Assembly: GCA_018649885.1 (NCBI GenBank)
Contig: JABIHA010000066.1
Location: forward strand, 1 to 64,000
Origin: Bacteriovoracaceae bacterium
GTDB lineage: Bacteria > Bdellovibrionota > Bacteriovoracia > Bacteriovoracales > Bacteriovoracaceae
Length of the DNA: 64,000 bases
Direction of reading: 5' to 3'
The notes under the pieces were generated by a model that made no database searches, was not told the DNA's origin, and saw nothing but the letters and a program-made list of their open reading frames with translations. Position numbers and translations under genes: made by a program. Shown here one piece after another: positions 1 to 9,549 of this stretch (position 1 is its first letter; each line of letters starts with the position of its first letter).

Positions 1-492
1 ATCGAATTTACCCTCAATAACGATGATGGCAGGAACCTTGCTTCTTTAAGCCTAGCAGATGTTATACTTGTGGGAATTTCACGAACATCAAAAACGCCTC
101 TATCAATTTATCTCTCTTTACACGGTATAAAAGTGGTAAATGTCCCTCTTATTCACGGCGTAGAAGCCCCCAGTGAGCTACAAAAAGTCGATCAAAGAAA
201 AATTTTCGGACTCACAATTGACCCCGATACATTGCATGAAATTAGAAAAAATAGGCTCACTAGACTAGGCACAACTGGGCATAAGGGTGACTATGCTGAA
301 ATTTCTCGAGTAATCCAAGAAGTTGAATGGGCCAATGACATTTTCAAGCAAAATAAAAGATGGCCCGTTTTTAATGTCACTGGAAAAGCACTTGAAGAAA
401 CAGCCGCAGAGATAATGAAATTAATTAATATGAGAAAACAAAATATCTATAAGCAATCAAAAAAATACACAAAAGAAAAAGAAACTAAATAG
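1..492 (+). CDS. ppsR: PEP synthase/PPDK regulatory kinase-pyrophosphorylase (DUF299), 5'-truncated by window edge
   Basis: Frame open from base 1: IEFTLNNDDGRN...ADVILVGISRTSKTPLSIYL...NVPL...EETA, the family motifs. Confidence 0.92.
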   Translation: MEFTLNNDDGRNLASLSLADVILVGISRTSKTPLSIYLSLHGIKVVNVPLIHGVEAPSELQKVDQRKIFGLTIDPDTLHEIRKNRLTRLGTTGHKGDYAEISRVIQEVEWANDIFKQNKRWPVFNVTGKALEETAAEIMKLINMRKQNIYKQSKKYTKEKETK

Positions 493-501
493 AGATTTTG
501 T

Positions 502-2418
502 TTATTCGAGAGTAAGTCTTTTATCTTCTTCAATCTTAAATTTAATAGATCTTTCAGTTCCAAATTCAGGATTATAGATTTTAGCATCATAACTTCCCGC
601 TGGAAGTCTTTCAGGCTCATTTCTCACTGGAAGTCTTATTTCTTCCTCTTCATCATCAATTATGACCTTTAGAATTTGCCCAGGGTAGTAATTATTACTT
701 GTAGTAAGTTCACCGTAAACAACATCTTGAAGTGTGGGAATCAGCACTTTCTGTGGCTTACTGCTACCCAAGAAGAATGTTTTCGAGAAAGGTTTCTTGT
801 CTTCATCGACAATTTTCACTGTATATTCTTTATTTGCCTCAAGTTCGATTCCAACAACTTCATAATCGTAATCTTTACCATTAACATAAACATCTGCAAA
901 CGTTGGTAGGTTTTCAAGGAATAATCTTTGAGTCTCTATTTCAGGTGTATTGACTTCAACCTTTTCTACACCTTGATTACTTGCTGGCTGTCTATTAAGG
1001 CCAAGATATTCTTTTGCCTTATTAACAATTGGATCTTTCAGAACTCCAGCGATTGAAATAATAATTGCAACACTTGCAACTACTTTTATCAATTTTCTTC
1101 TTTTTTTGACTTTTCTTTGCTCTCTAATATCAACTTTTTTCGAGCCCTGCCCTTCTTTTTGCTGTTTTTCTTTTTCTGTCAAAGCGGTCTTGGCCTGATC
1201 TCTTTTTGCTTCTGTATTAGTTCTTTCAATTTCAAAGGCATCAGCTGTTTTGTCTTCACATACAACTCTTCCCGTTTTATCTTTTGTAAAACCAAAGTCA
1301 AAATCTTGTGCCTTATGAAGAAGAGTTTTCTTTGTTTGCTCACCTTGTTTACTGCCACCGCTATCCATGGAGAGACCAACTGCATCGCCATTAGGATTTT
1401 TTGCCATATCACTTAGAAAGTCTGTGATATCAACTTGTCCAAATTCATAGAATTTCTCTCTGTCACTTTTGATCTCTTCTGCAAAGAGTTTTTTAGCAAA
1501 CCTAGACAGATCAGTTGGATTAAAATCAGGATATTTAGAATACAAGAATTTAACAAGTGCTCTGTTGAATTCATCCATATTAGCAAAACGATCTTTTCTA
1601 TCTTTTTCCAGCGACTTCATAATTATGTCATCTAGCTCTTTTGGAACAACTGGATTAATTTTCGAAGGAGGAACGATTTTACATTCCTGAATTAGCTTTA
1701 AAACAGCGAGATCATTTTTCGCACTAAAATGTTTACGCCCACAAAGAAGTTCCCAAAGAGTAAGTCCAACTGCGAACTGATCATAATTATGATCAAGGTC
1801 AATGCCTTCGAGATACTCAGGTGCGAGATAGGGCATTTTCCCTTTGATCGTCCCCGCTTGGGTCGCTTCAGAGTTACTTTCTGCTTTTGCAATTCCAAAG
1901 TCAATAACCTTCACTGCCCCTTCATAGGTAATCATAATATTATGAGGAGAAATATCTCTGTGAATGATATTGGATTTTTTTCCACTTAGCTTATTTGTAA
2001 AATTATGAGCATAACTTAGGCCCTGACAAGTTTGAGAAATTATGTAAACTGAGATTTGAATTGGAAAAACAAATCCCTTTGACTTAAGACGGTCTAATAT
2101 CTGCTTAAGATTTTTCCCATCAACGTATTCCATTGCACAAAATAGCTGATTGTCGACTATGCCATAATCGTGAATCTTAGCAATATTTGGGTGATTCAAA
2201 CCAAAGGAAACTTTTATTTCATCAAGGAACATTGTTTTGTATGCAGGATCTTTTGAGTATTGAGGCTGAACCATCTTAATAGCATCAATTCGTTGAACAT
2301 CTTCACTCAAAAACCTGGCGCGACAAATCTTGGCCATACCGCCATCGACAAGATGATCAAGAAGAAGATATCTTCCAAATCTCTTTAAAATTAAATTGTC
2401 ATCGTGCTCATCTGACAT
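502..2418 (-). CDS. Hanks-type Ser/Thr protein kinase with TM helix and extracytoplasmic C-terminal domain
   Basis: GGMA, AIK, HRDISPHN, DFGIAK and YLAPE motifs; TM VVASVAIIISIAGVL. Confidence 0.93.
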   Translation of the reverse strand: MSDEHDDNLILKRFGRYLLLDHLVDGGMAKICRARFLSEDVQRIDAIKMVQPQYSKDPAYKTMFLDEIKVSFGLNHPNIAKIHDYGIVDNQLFCAMEYVDGKNLKQILDRLKSKGFVFPIQISVYIISQTCQGLSYAHNFTNKLSGKKSNIIHRDISPHNIMITYEGAVKVIDFGIAKAESNSEATQAGTIKGKMPYLAPEYLEGIDLDHNYDQFAVGLTLWELLCGRKHFSAKNDLAVLKLIQECKIVPPSKINPVVPKELDDIIMKSLEKDRKDRFANMDEFNRALVKFLYSKYPDFNPTDLSRFAKKLFAEEIKSDREKFYEFGQVDITDFLSDMAKNPNGDAVGLSMDSGGSKQGEQTKKTLLHKAQDFDFGFTKDKTGRVVCEDKTADAFEIERTNTEAKRDQAKTALTEKEKQQKEGQGSKKVDIREQRKVKKRRKLIKVVASVAIIISIAGVLKDPIVNKAKEYLGLNRQPASNQGVEKVEVNTPEIETQRLFLENLPTFADVYVNGKDYDYEVVGIELEANKEYTVKIVDEDKKPFSKTFFLGSSKPQKVLIPTLQDVVYGELTTSNNYYPGQILKVIIDDEEEEIRLPVRNEPERLPAGSYDAKIYNPEFGTERSIKFKIEEDKRLTLE

Positions 2419-2441
2419 GAAGGTTTAATCTCCTAATATAC

Positions 2442-2468
2442 TCATCGGAGTCTTAGGAGAAAAATTTA
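2442..2468 (-). promoter_or_regulatory. sigma28/FliA-like promoter upstream of the kinase
   Basis: Minus strand TAAA-N15-TCCGATGA versus consensus TAAA-N15-GCCGATAA, just upstream of the RBS/ATG. Confidence 0.6.
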
Positions 2469-2493
2469 GAGCTGATTGATTTACTCAGGAATA

Positions 2494-3024
2494 TCAATTA
2501 CTTGACAGGTACTCTGTGTTATATCCAGGGACGGTGACCACGATTTGGCCATCTTTTAAATTTCCTTTCTGGCAAAATCCACTCACTTTATGTTGATTTA
2601 GCCCATAGGAAGGCCAGCTAGGGTGAGATTTCAAGTTCTTTGAAAAAGAATTTACAATAATTTCATTCAGTCCGTTTAGCTCTATGGTATTTCTAACTTC
2701 TGAATGGGACACTCGTTTAGCATCAAGTGAGTAACGAAGGGCCACAAAGAATTGATTACAACCTTTAACTAACTCTTTTTCATCATTAGAAAACCAAGCA
2801 AAATAGGGGCTGTCTTCACCAATCGGAGACCAAAGAACATCATATAGAAGGGTAAGCTCTTGCATCCAGGAAGTTCTTTCAAATCTCAGTTTACCCTTCC
2901 ATTTTTGGTCCGAGTAAACCCCTTCTTTAAAGGTCACTTTCCCACTAGTAACAAGATTCTTACTATAGTGTGAGCAAGAAGATAGAGCGATTATTGTAAA
3001 GATGAGAAAGCTAAAATACTTCAT
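2494..3024 (-). CDS. Hypothetical lipoprotein
   Basis: Signal peptide with lipobox LSSC; ATGA overlap with upstream gene. Confidence 0.75.
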   Translation of the reverse strand: MKYFSFLIFTIIALSSCSHYSKNLVTSGKVTFKEGVYSDQKWKGKLRFERTSWMQELTLLYDVLWSPIGEDSPYFAWFSNDEKELVKGCNQFFVALRYSLDAKRVSHSEVRNTIELNGLNEIIVNSFSKNLKSHPSWPSYGLNQHKVSGFCQKGNLKDGQIVVTVPGYNTEYLSSN

Positions 3025-3992
3025 CCCTTAGGCCTCACTAATTCAGTTAACCAATTATAGATATCATTAAAAACTATTTCACTATTTAAGTCATTTAAAA
3101 TATCGTGGTGACCATCTGCGTACAATGAGAGTTTTTTATCATCAGTTGGTATCCCTTGGAAGAATAGCTCTGTAGTACTGGGACAATTAAGCTTTGTTTC
3201 ACCTGAAATAAGAAAAAGTGATGGGATATCAATATAATAAGCAAAACGTCGAAGTTGATCGCTTGATTTCATAATTTCATTAATTAATGAAAGGCTTATT
3301 TGTGAACTCACAAGCTGATCAGCCATATATTCATGCATCTTATTTTGATCTCTCGTTAAATTATAAACATCAATTGGAGATTTCAATTGAAATTTTGAAG
3401 AGGAAAATAGAGATTTTCCATACTTAAGAAGTCTACGACTGGATTTCTTTAAATCAAATGTAGGGTAGATAAATGGGTTTGTTAAAATCATAGATAAATT
3501 TTCAGTAGTTTCTAAATCGCTACGAAAATTAATGATCGTTTTAATAGTCATTAAACCACCCATTCCGGTCCCCATGAAAACATTGTGGGAAACTGGAAGT
3601 GTTGATGGATAACTATTAACAAAGTCTACAAAATCAAAGCAATACTCATCGAAAGATTTTATATAGGCACGGCTACCTGAACTCATTCCATGACCTTTGA
3701 GGTCAATTAATGAAACCACGATATTTTCGGGTATCATTTTCAATAGATAAGTTACAAAATCAAGATAGCGACCGTGATAATCAGCAATATCATGAACAAA
3801 CCACAAGTGAATAAGCTTCTCACTTGAGATATGTTTTTTAGGAGTGTATCTCTTAAAGAAAATACTTTCTCCACCATTTTTACTTCTAAAATTTCCTGTA
3901 GATTTGTGAAACCGCTCTTTCGGATTCCAACTCTCAGCTAGCTCTTCGGCGCTATGATTGATCTTCACCGTAGATATAGGAACGGATGACAT
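3021..3992 (-). CDS. Lysophospholipase-like alpha/beta hydrolase fold protein, nucleophile motif degenerate
   Basis: DLKGHGMSSG and C-terminal HHDILND match the Hydrolase_4 family; GxSxG reads GTGMG. Confidence 0.85.
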   Translation of the reverse strand: MSSVPISTVKINHSAEELAESWNPKERFHKSTGNFRSKNGGESIFFKRYTPKKHISSEKLIHLWFVHDIADYHGRYLDFVTYLLKMIPENIVVSLIDLKGHGMSSGSRAYIKSFDEYCFDFVDFVNSYPSTLPVSHNVFMGTGMGGLMTIKTIINFRSDLETTENLSMILTNPFIYPTFDLKKSSRRLLKYGKSLFSSSKFQLKSPIDVYNLTRDQNKMHEYMADQLVSSQISLSLINEIMKSSDQLRRFAYYIDIPSLFLISGETKLNCPSTTELFFQGIPTDDKKLSLYADGHHDILNDLNSEIVFNDIYNWLTELVRPKG

Positions 3993-4770
3993 TTAAGGAC
4001 TCCTCACCTAAATTAATAAACCTAAATGAAAACCCCTGATTTCCATCAAGCAACCTTACCACTTCTCCCGAAGCAACAAAATGAAAATTACTATTTTCCG
4101 GGTGCACATTTACAGAAATCTTATCTCCAGCTTTTCCTGGAAATTGATTTACAAGTATTTGCATCCCTCCAATAGAAACATCCCTGCAAAGTCCTTCAAA
4201 CAATTTCTCATTGTCATGAAAAAATAACCGCGCTACAAATGGTCTTCTCGGGTATTCTCTTCTATCACTATCATCGACCTCTGGTGGATCTTTTTGAAAT
4301 AAACTTTTATAAATTGGAACATCAGCAAGCATTGTCCAATTTGAAAGTCCTCTGCACCAAACAAAAGTTTTTCCATTGACCCTGCTTTTTTCAAATAAAT
4401 CGACAAGAAGGCTCAGTGAGTATGGTCCATAGTGAGAACCTGAGGTTCCGCGATCCTTTCCTGTGAGAACAAAAAATTTCTTTTCTTCTTTGTCTACGCT
4501 ATTCCAATCAAATTCTTCAGCACTATCTGTATCAACGGGATAATCGCTATCCACTTGCAAACTGCTGTTTTCAGACTGATAGCTGCTCTCGCCTGAGATA
4601 AGTTGATAGAATTTTTCTATATCTTTTATTTTCGACCAGTTCTCAAAGCCCTTAGTCCATACATAATCATCAACGCCTAGACGACTAGAATTTATAAAGC
4701 TAATTAGCTCTTCTTCTGAAACCGGACCTACTCTTTGTCCACTTTCAACATAATACCAATTTGAGCTCAT
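3952..4770 (-). CDS. Tandem GYF_2 domains plus PilZ domain protein
   Basis: WYY..GQRVGP..VWTKGFENW, second YGPYS..VWCRGLSNW; PilZ motifs RxxxR (REYPR) and DVSIGG. Confidence 0.85.
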   Translation of the reverse strand: MSSNWYYVESGQRVGPVSEEELISFINSSRLGVDDYVWTKGFENWSKIKDIEKFYQLISGESSYQSENSSLQVDSDYPVDTDSAEEFDWNSVDKEEKKFFVLTGKDRGTSGSHYGPYSLSLLVDLFEKSRVNGKTFVWCRGLSNWTMLADVPIYKSLFQKDPPEVDDSDRREYPRRPFVARLFFHDNEKLFEGLCRDVSIGGMQILVNQFPGKAGDKISVNVHPENSNFHFVASGEVVRLLDGNQGFSFRFINLGEESLNVIRSYIYGEDQS

Positions 4771-4882
4771 AAATTTCCCTCAACTCTGCGTTTTCTTTAA
4801 TTTTACCCCCTATTCAAGAAATTGTTTGCCTTGGAAATTCTTTCCCAAATTATGGGAGTAAAAATGTTTTTTATCCACTATA

Positions 4883-4910
4883 TCAAGTATGAAATCCAAT
4901 TAACCGAATG
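4883..4910 (+). promoter_or_regulatory. FliA-like promoter upstream of the VWA lipoprotein
   Basis: TCAAG-N15-ACCGAATG about 20 nt before the ATG at 4930. Confidence 0.4.
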
Positions 4911-4929
4911 GTCTTGAGCGAGGGAGAAC

Positions 4930-6369
4930 ATGGGTAACAAAATATTTAAATTGATTTTATTTACCATCATACTTGGGCTACTTGCTTGCTCTAAGGAAAG
5001 TTTTTCGCCAACAGAAAACACTGAAAGCTACTCCACAGCAGATGCACTTATAAATTCTCAATCAAGTTGTGCACAGCATACTCTTGTTAAGCCAGAGGTT
5101 GACCTTTTAATTCTATGGGATAACTCTGGAAGCTCACTTCTAATTGACGCTAATACTAAGTCATCAATTGTTAGTGCCATTGGGAATATCTCCGAGGATT
5201 TTAGTTATAGAATGCTCATGGCCCCTCTGATTAAACCGGCCTCTGATGAATTAAAATACTATACAAATGACAATGATGATCTCAGTGGAGGCTATTCAAT
5301 TTCAAATATTGCAAGCCTTACTGCCTTTAGCACCGTTTCAGGTGGCTCAATTGAAAAAGGCTTTGAGAGATCCTACGATCTTCTAAATAGTCATAAATCT
5401 ACTTTTTTTAGAAGTGGTGCTTACCACATAGTTGTAATTATCTCTAATGAAGATGATGACTATTATGATGAAGACGACGATACGTCCTACTGGGTCAATG
5501 CCAGAGCACAGGTGGACTACAATAACTGGAAATCAAGTTTTGATTCTCTAAAAAGTAGCTTAAACACATCAATGTTTAGATTTATTTCTATCCAACCTCA
5601 TTCATCATCAGGCGATTGCACTAATCCTCCTCATCACCGCTATCGTGATATGTCTAATGAGTTTTATGGACAAACATCTGAGGATTATTCTGGAGGTGCC
5701 ACAGATCAAAATGGCAGAACTTATCCAGACTCATACGACTTATGTACCACTGAACACGCTCAACTCTTTGATGGGCTCTATAGCAGTATTCAATCAACCG
5801 TGCAATCTCACGTCTATGAGTACTGGCTAGTAGATGAAACAACTAGCCCGACAGTGAGTTGGGACACAGATTCCCTTGCCGTCAGCGACCTGTATGGAAG
5901 TACTATTCCTGAAAGTGACACTAATGGTTTTAAATATGTTGGCTATAAATATAATCAGTACACAAGAGCTGGATACTATGTTGATTCATCCTTTACAGAG
6001 GATGAGGGTGAAGAAATGACAGGCCACTTTATTCAACTTGTTGGAAACTATGCTCCCACGGCCTCTAGCAGGATTCAATATCCAAACTGCCTTTTCATTA
6101 CAACTTCCAACCCTATAGACACCTATGGCTACGTCTATATTAGCGAAGAACCAGATGCGAGCACCATTGAGCTGACAATCAACGGAGCCGCTGTATCACA
6201 AAGTAATTCCAACGGATGGCAATATATTGGCTATCAAACCAATCTCAATATGAAAGTCTCTGGCTCTCCAGGGATGTACCGAACTGGCTATTTTTTACAA
6301 TTATTTGGTAACGCTCAGTACTCCAATGGAGCTTCCGTTAGTGTCCGTTATATAAGGGCTTCAAATTAG
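4930..6369 (+). CDS. VWA-like domain lipoprotein
   Basis: Lipobox LLAC; MIDAS-like DNSGS; acidic SNEDD motif; repeated C-terminal module. Confidence 0.75.
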   Translation: MGNKIFKLILFTIILGLLACSKESFSPTENTESYSTADALINSQSSCAQHTLVKPEVDLLILWDNSGSSLLIDANTKSSIVSAIGNISEDFSYRMLMAPLIKPASDELKYYTNDNDDLSGGYSISNIASLTAFSTVSGGSIEKGFERSYDLLNSHKSTFFRSGAYHIVVIISNEDDDYYDEDDDTSYWVNARAQVDYNNWKSSFDSLKSSLNTSMFRFISIQPHSSSGDCTNPPHHRYRDMSNEFYGQTSEDYSGGATDQNGRTYPDSYDLCTTEHAQLFDGLYSSIQSTVQSHVYEYWLVDETTSPTVSWDTDSLAVSDLYGSTIPESDTNGFKYVGYKYNQYTRAGYYVDSSFTEDEGEEMTGHFIQLVGNYAPTASSRIQYPNCLFITTSNPIDTYGYVYISEEPDASTIELTINGAAVSQSNSNGWQYIGYQTNLNMKVSGSPGMYRTGYFLQLFGNAQYSNGASVSVRYIRASN

Positions 6370-6474
6370 TTAACAATCAATTTTTCAACTTGTAAAAAGT
6401 TCTGAGATCATCATAAATCATTGATAATTCAATATTTCATTCCTAAATTGCCTTTAGAAATAAAGGATTCAAAA

Positions 6475-8976
6475 ATGCTAATTAGACTCACGACTACCTT
6501 GTTAATATCATTACTTTTCCTGGCAAATTTAAAAGCAAATACCTTTCCAATCGAATTTGGCGATAACTTTGTCTCGCCCCAAAAAGGTGTTCCGTTCAAA
6601 GGCACTAGATTAAGACTCAAAGATCATAACCAATATTCAAGCTTCTCAGAAAAATCATTAGAATTGAAATTCTTAATCGACAAGCTTGGAACAAAAAATC
6701 AAGTTCTCTATTTTCAAGACCCAGAGACCTATCCCTTTCACTATCAGCTGGCAGGAGCTCTTGATGGCACTGAATATGATAGAACTAGCTTTGCGAGTAT
6801 GTGCCAAGCACTTAAAAAGCGCTTTCTCTGTGGATATATAAAGTATGTTCCCTATGACGAAGAAAGGAAGTTCCAAAAACTAGGTTATCTTTGGTCAGTT
6901 CCAGAACACACCTTGCTTACCGTAACCGAAATCACTTCAGCTCAAAAGATTTTAAAGACCAACCTACCATTTAAAGAACTTTGGGATATGATAGGTGGCG
7001 GCGGTCTCTCATACAAATTCAGCACCTTTTGGATGCCTCAAGGGAGTGAACAAAAACTAATGGCCACAAACCCTAAACTTAACAGTACCCCTATAGTTTT
7101 CCCAGAAGACTTGATTAAAAAAGGTGAGGAAAAAATTCTCAATTTTGGATTTACTGTGGGCCTACTTCGTGAATACAAAAAAAATGAGTCCCAAAAATTG
7201 TTGCCTTCTCCTACTGATATCGTTCTCCTTGACTACCTTCCGCTTGATCTTCCACCAGTTGCTGGAGTTATTACCTCAGTAGACCAACCTGAGCTAAGCC
7301 ATATTAACCTTCTCAGTAAGAATAGAGGAACACCCAATGTCTATATTGAAGGTGTTCTCGGGGATCCAAAATATCTAGGCCTTGTAGGAAAATTGGTTAA
7401 ATTCAGAGTTAGATATGGAAGTGTGGCCATCCTTCCAGCAACAATGGAAGAGTTCGAAAGATTCTGGTCCGTGAAACGTCCCGATAAAGTAAGCAATATC
7501 TCATACAACGCAAACTACCAGGAAATTGAAAATCTTGAAACCACAAGCCTCTCCCGAGATCAACTTAAATCGATATTCGGATCGAAGGCAACGAATCTAG
7601 CAACACTTTCGAAGATAGACGGCATAGGAACACCTGATTTTATTTTTGGAGTTCCATTTTCCTTTTACCAGACCCATATGGAAAACTCAGGGTTGCAATC
7701 TCAATTAAGCGATCTTCTTAGTAATACTAGTTTTAAAGAAAGCTCTGCCATAAGAGAAGAAAAGCTAAAAGAATTCAGAAAGAAAATAAAGAAGTCGGTA
7801 ATAGATCCTCATCTTTTAGAAAAAATCAGAGAAATCCTTATTTCTCGTGGCCACGATGGTAAGCCTGTTAGATTTAGATCCTCATCAAATGTAGAAGACT
7901 TAGAATTTTTTAATGGAGCAGGTCTATACAGCTCTAAAACTGGCTACGCCAATCCACCAACTCCAGAAGAAGGAAAAAAGCATAAGTCTATACAAAGAGC
8001 AATTCTAAAAGTGTGGGCAAGTCTGTGGAACTTTCAGGCTTTTGAAGAAAGAGAATTTTACAAAATAAACCACCATCTTAGTGCCATGGGAATTCTTATC
8101 CATCCAGCATTCCCATCTTCAGTTGAACTGGCAAATGGTGTCGCCTTAACAAGAAAAGATAGATATGGATTCTATGCTAATATTTCTATCGCCGAAGGTG
8201 ATAAAAGCATCACAAATCCAGATTTAGATGACCTGCGAGCTAGCTTTAAAATAATGGCCAGCATTTCTTTTCACGACAATATCCTCAAAGTAAAAAGTCC
8301 GAGTGATGATTATTTGAAAATCATATCAAAGGACAAGCTAGAATCTCTTGTTAAACAATTCCAAAGTGCCCATAGTGAGCTCGAAAAAAGCCATACATTA
8401 AAATCTGGTGACAATATGGATATTGAATTTAAACTTGTATCAGAAACTAAGAAAATAATGCTCAAACAAATTAGACCATCCAAGTTAAATACAGCAGTCT
8501 ATGGACTTCCTACTGAAGAGTTAAAAAGCAGAAAATCATATATTGATAGACAAAAATCTGCCCCTTATATCTATAGAAGCCATTGTGTTTCAAACAAACT
8601 TGAGTACTTTGAAGAAAACTATGGAACTAAAGACAGAGAGCCAGGTACTGGCCACGTATTAATCTCCCTGAAGCAGGATATTATGGGGATAGGAAAAGCA
8701 GGTGATCAGTTTGAATTTTTTAACGGCGAAGATCAAACCTATATAGGCCATCCTTTTATGCACCATGGCCCCTACGATTTGTCTCTCAATGCTCCTAAGC
8801 ATCCAGTCATTCAAGACTTCCAGGTGATACCAGGAGGAGGTATAACCATTAATGGTCATATTAGTGGAGGCAGCCTTAAGGGACCAATGGGACAATGTGA
8901 TCATGAAGATATTTTTGAAAACCACCCAGTGATACTAGAAATGGAAATGAAAGAAATAATTGGAGCACCCTGGTAA
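6475..8976 (+). CDS. PEP/pyruvate-binding (PPDK_N ATP-grasp) domain protein with signal peptide
   Basis: GSKATNL, RFRSSSNVED..FNGAGLYSS, VWASLWN, DIEFK and QIRP motifs; hydrophobic N-terminus from ATG 6475. Confidence 0.85.
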   Translation: MLIRLTTTLLISLLFLANLKANTFPIEFGDNFVSPQKGVPFKGTRLRLKDHNQYSSFSEKSLELKFLIDKLGTKNQVLYFQDPETYPFHYQLAGALDGTEYDRTSFASMCQALKKRFLCGYIKYVPYDEERKFQKLGYLWSVPEHTLLTVTEITSAQKILKTNLPFKELWDMIGGGGLSYKFSTFWMPQGSEQKLMATNPKLNSTPIVFPEDLIKKGEEKILNFGFTVGLLREYKKNESQKLLPSPTDIVLLDYLPLDLPPVAGVITSVDQPELSHINLLSKNRGTPNVYIEGVLGDPKYLGLVGKLVKFRVRYGSVAILPATMEEFERFWSVKRPDKVSNISYNANYQEIENLETTSLSRDQLKSIFGSKATNLATLSKIDGIGTPDFIFGVPFSFYQTHMENSGLQSQLSDLLSNTSFKESSAIREEKLKEFRKKIKKSVIDPHLLEKIREILISRGHDGKPVRFRSSSNVEDLEFFNGAGLYSSKTGYANPPTPEEGKKHKSIQRAILKVWASLWNFQAFEEREFYKINHHLSAMGILIHPAFPSSVELANGVALTRKDRYGFYANISIAEGDKSITNPDLDDLRASFKIMASISFHDNILKVKSPSDDYLKIISKDKLESLVKQFQSAHSELEKSHTLKSGDNMDIEFKLVSETKKIMLKQIRPSKLNTAVYGLPTEELKSRKSYIDRQKSAPYIYRSHCVSNKLEYFEENYGTKDREPGTGHVLISLKQDIMGIGKAGDQFEFFNGEDQTYIGHPFMHHGPYDLSLNAPKHPVIQDFQVIPGGGITINGHISGGSLKGPMGQCDHEDIFENHPVILEMEMKEIIGAPW

Positions 8977-8991
8977 GTGCTAATTAATTTA

Positions 8992-9023
8992 AGGCACAAC
9001 CTCAACAATTTGAGGTAGTGCCT
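8992..9023. terminator. Hairpin between convergent genes
   Basis: AGGCACAACCTCA-loop-TGAGGTAGTGCCT. Confidence 0.6.
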
Positions 9024-9032
9024 AGAGAGTTA

Positions 9033-9380
9033 TTAATCGTTTGAAGTATTTCTATAGATACATTTTTTATTAAATTTATAAACAATCCTTCCTGCATAAC
9101 TGCCAGCTGGCATTTTATATTCACTGGCGTAAATAACTACCGCCCGATCAGTTTGAGGAAGCCTTTTAAGCTTGCTCAGGCAATCTTTAAATTCTCTTAA
9201 ATCTGGATTATAGAGATCATAAAATGGAATTGTAGACCCATCAAACATACTAACACTTTCTATCTTATATATATTTGAAGTGATCTTCGACATCCTGCTG
9301 TACTGAGTTATTTTTAAAACTTTTCCCCAAGCAAAGCTTGAAAGGCTTAATAGAGTAATGATTAGCATTGTTTTTTTCAT
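9033..9380 (-). CDS. Hypothetical secreted protein
   Basis: GGAGG RBS; MKKTMLIITLLSLSSFAWG signal peptide. Confidence 0.7.
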   Translation of the reverse strand: MKKTMLIITLLSLSSFAWGKVLKITQYSRMSKITSNIYKIESVSMFDGSTIPFYDLYNPDLREFKDCLSKLKRLPQTDRAVVIYASEYKMPAGSYAGRIVYKFNKKCIYRNTSND

Positions 9381-9549
9381 CGAGGGACCTCCTATAGTCA
9401 TTGATGTAAGTATCTAATATTAATATGTGCCAGATCAAATTCAACCGAGTGAATTCCTTTAATGTTTCACCAGTTAGATTCAAAAATTGAGTAAAATAGT
9501 TAGAGATACATATACAGCAAAATCAGGTTATCATTTGGATAACTGAAGA

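Noticed and set aside
676..1989. Multiple short ORFs overlapping the kinase, and similar ones across the window
   Set aside because: Shadow or alternate-frame ORFs inside well-supported genes.
9415..9432. sigma54 promoter (TGGCAC on the minus strand) upstream of 9380
   Set aside because: The -12 TTGC element is missing.
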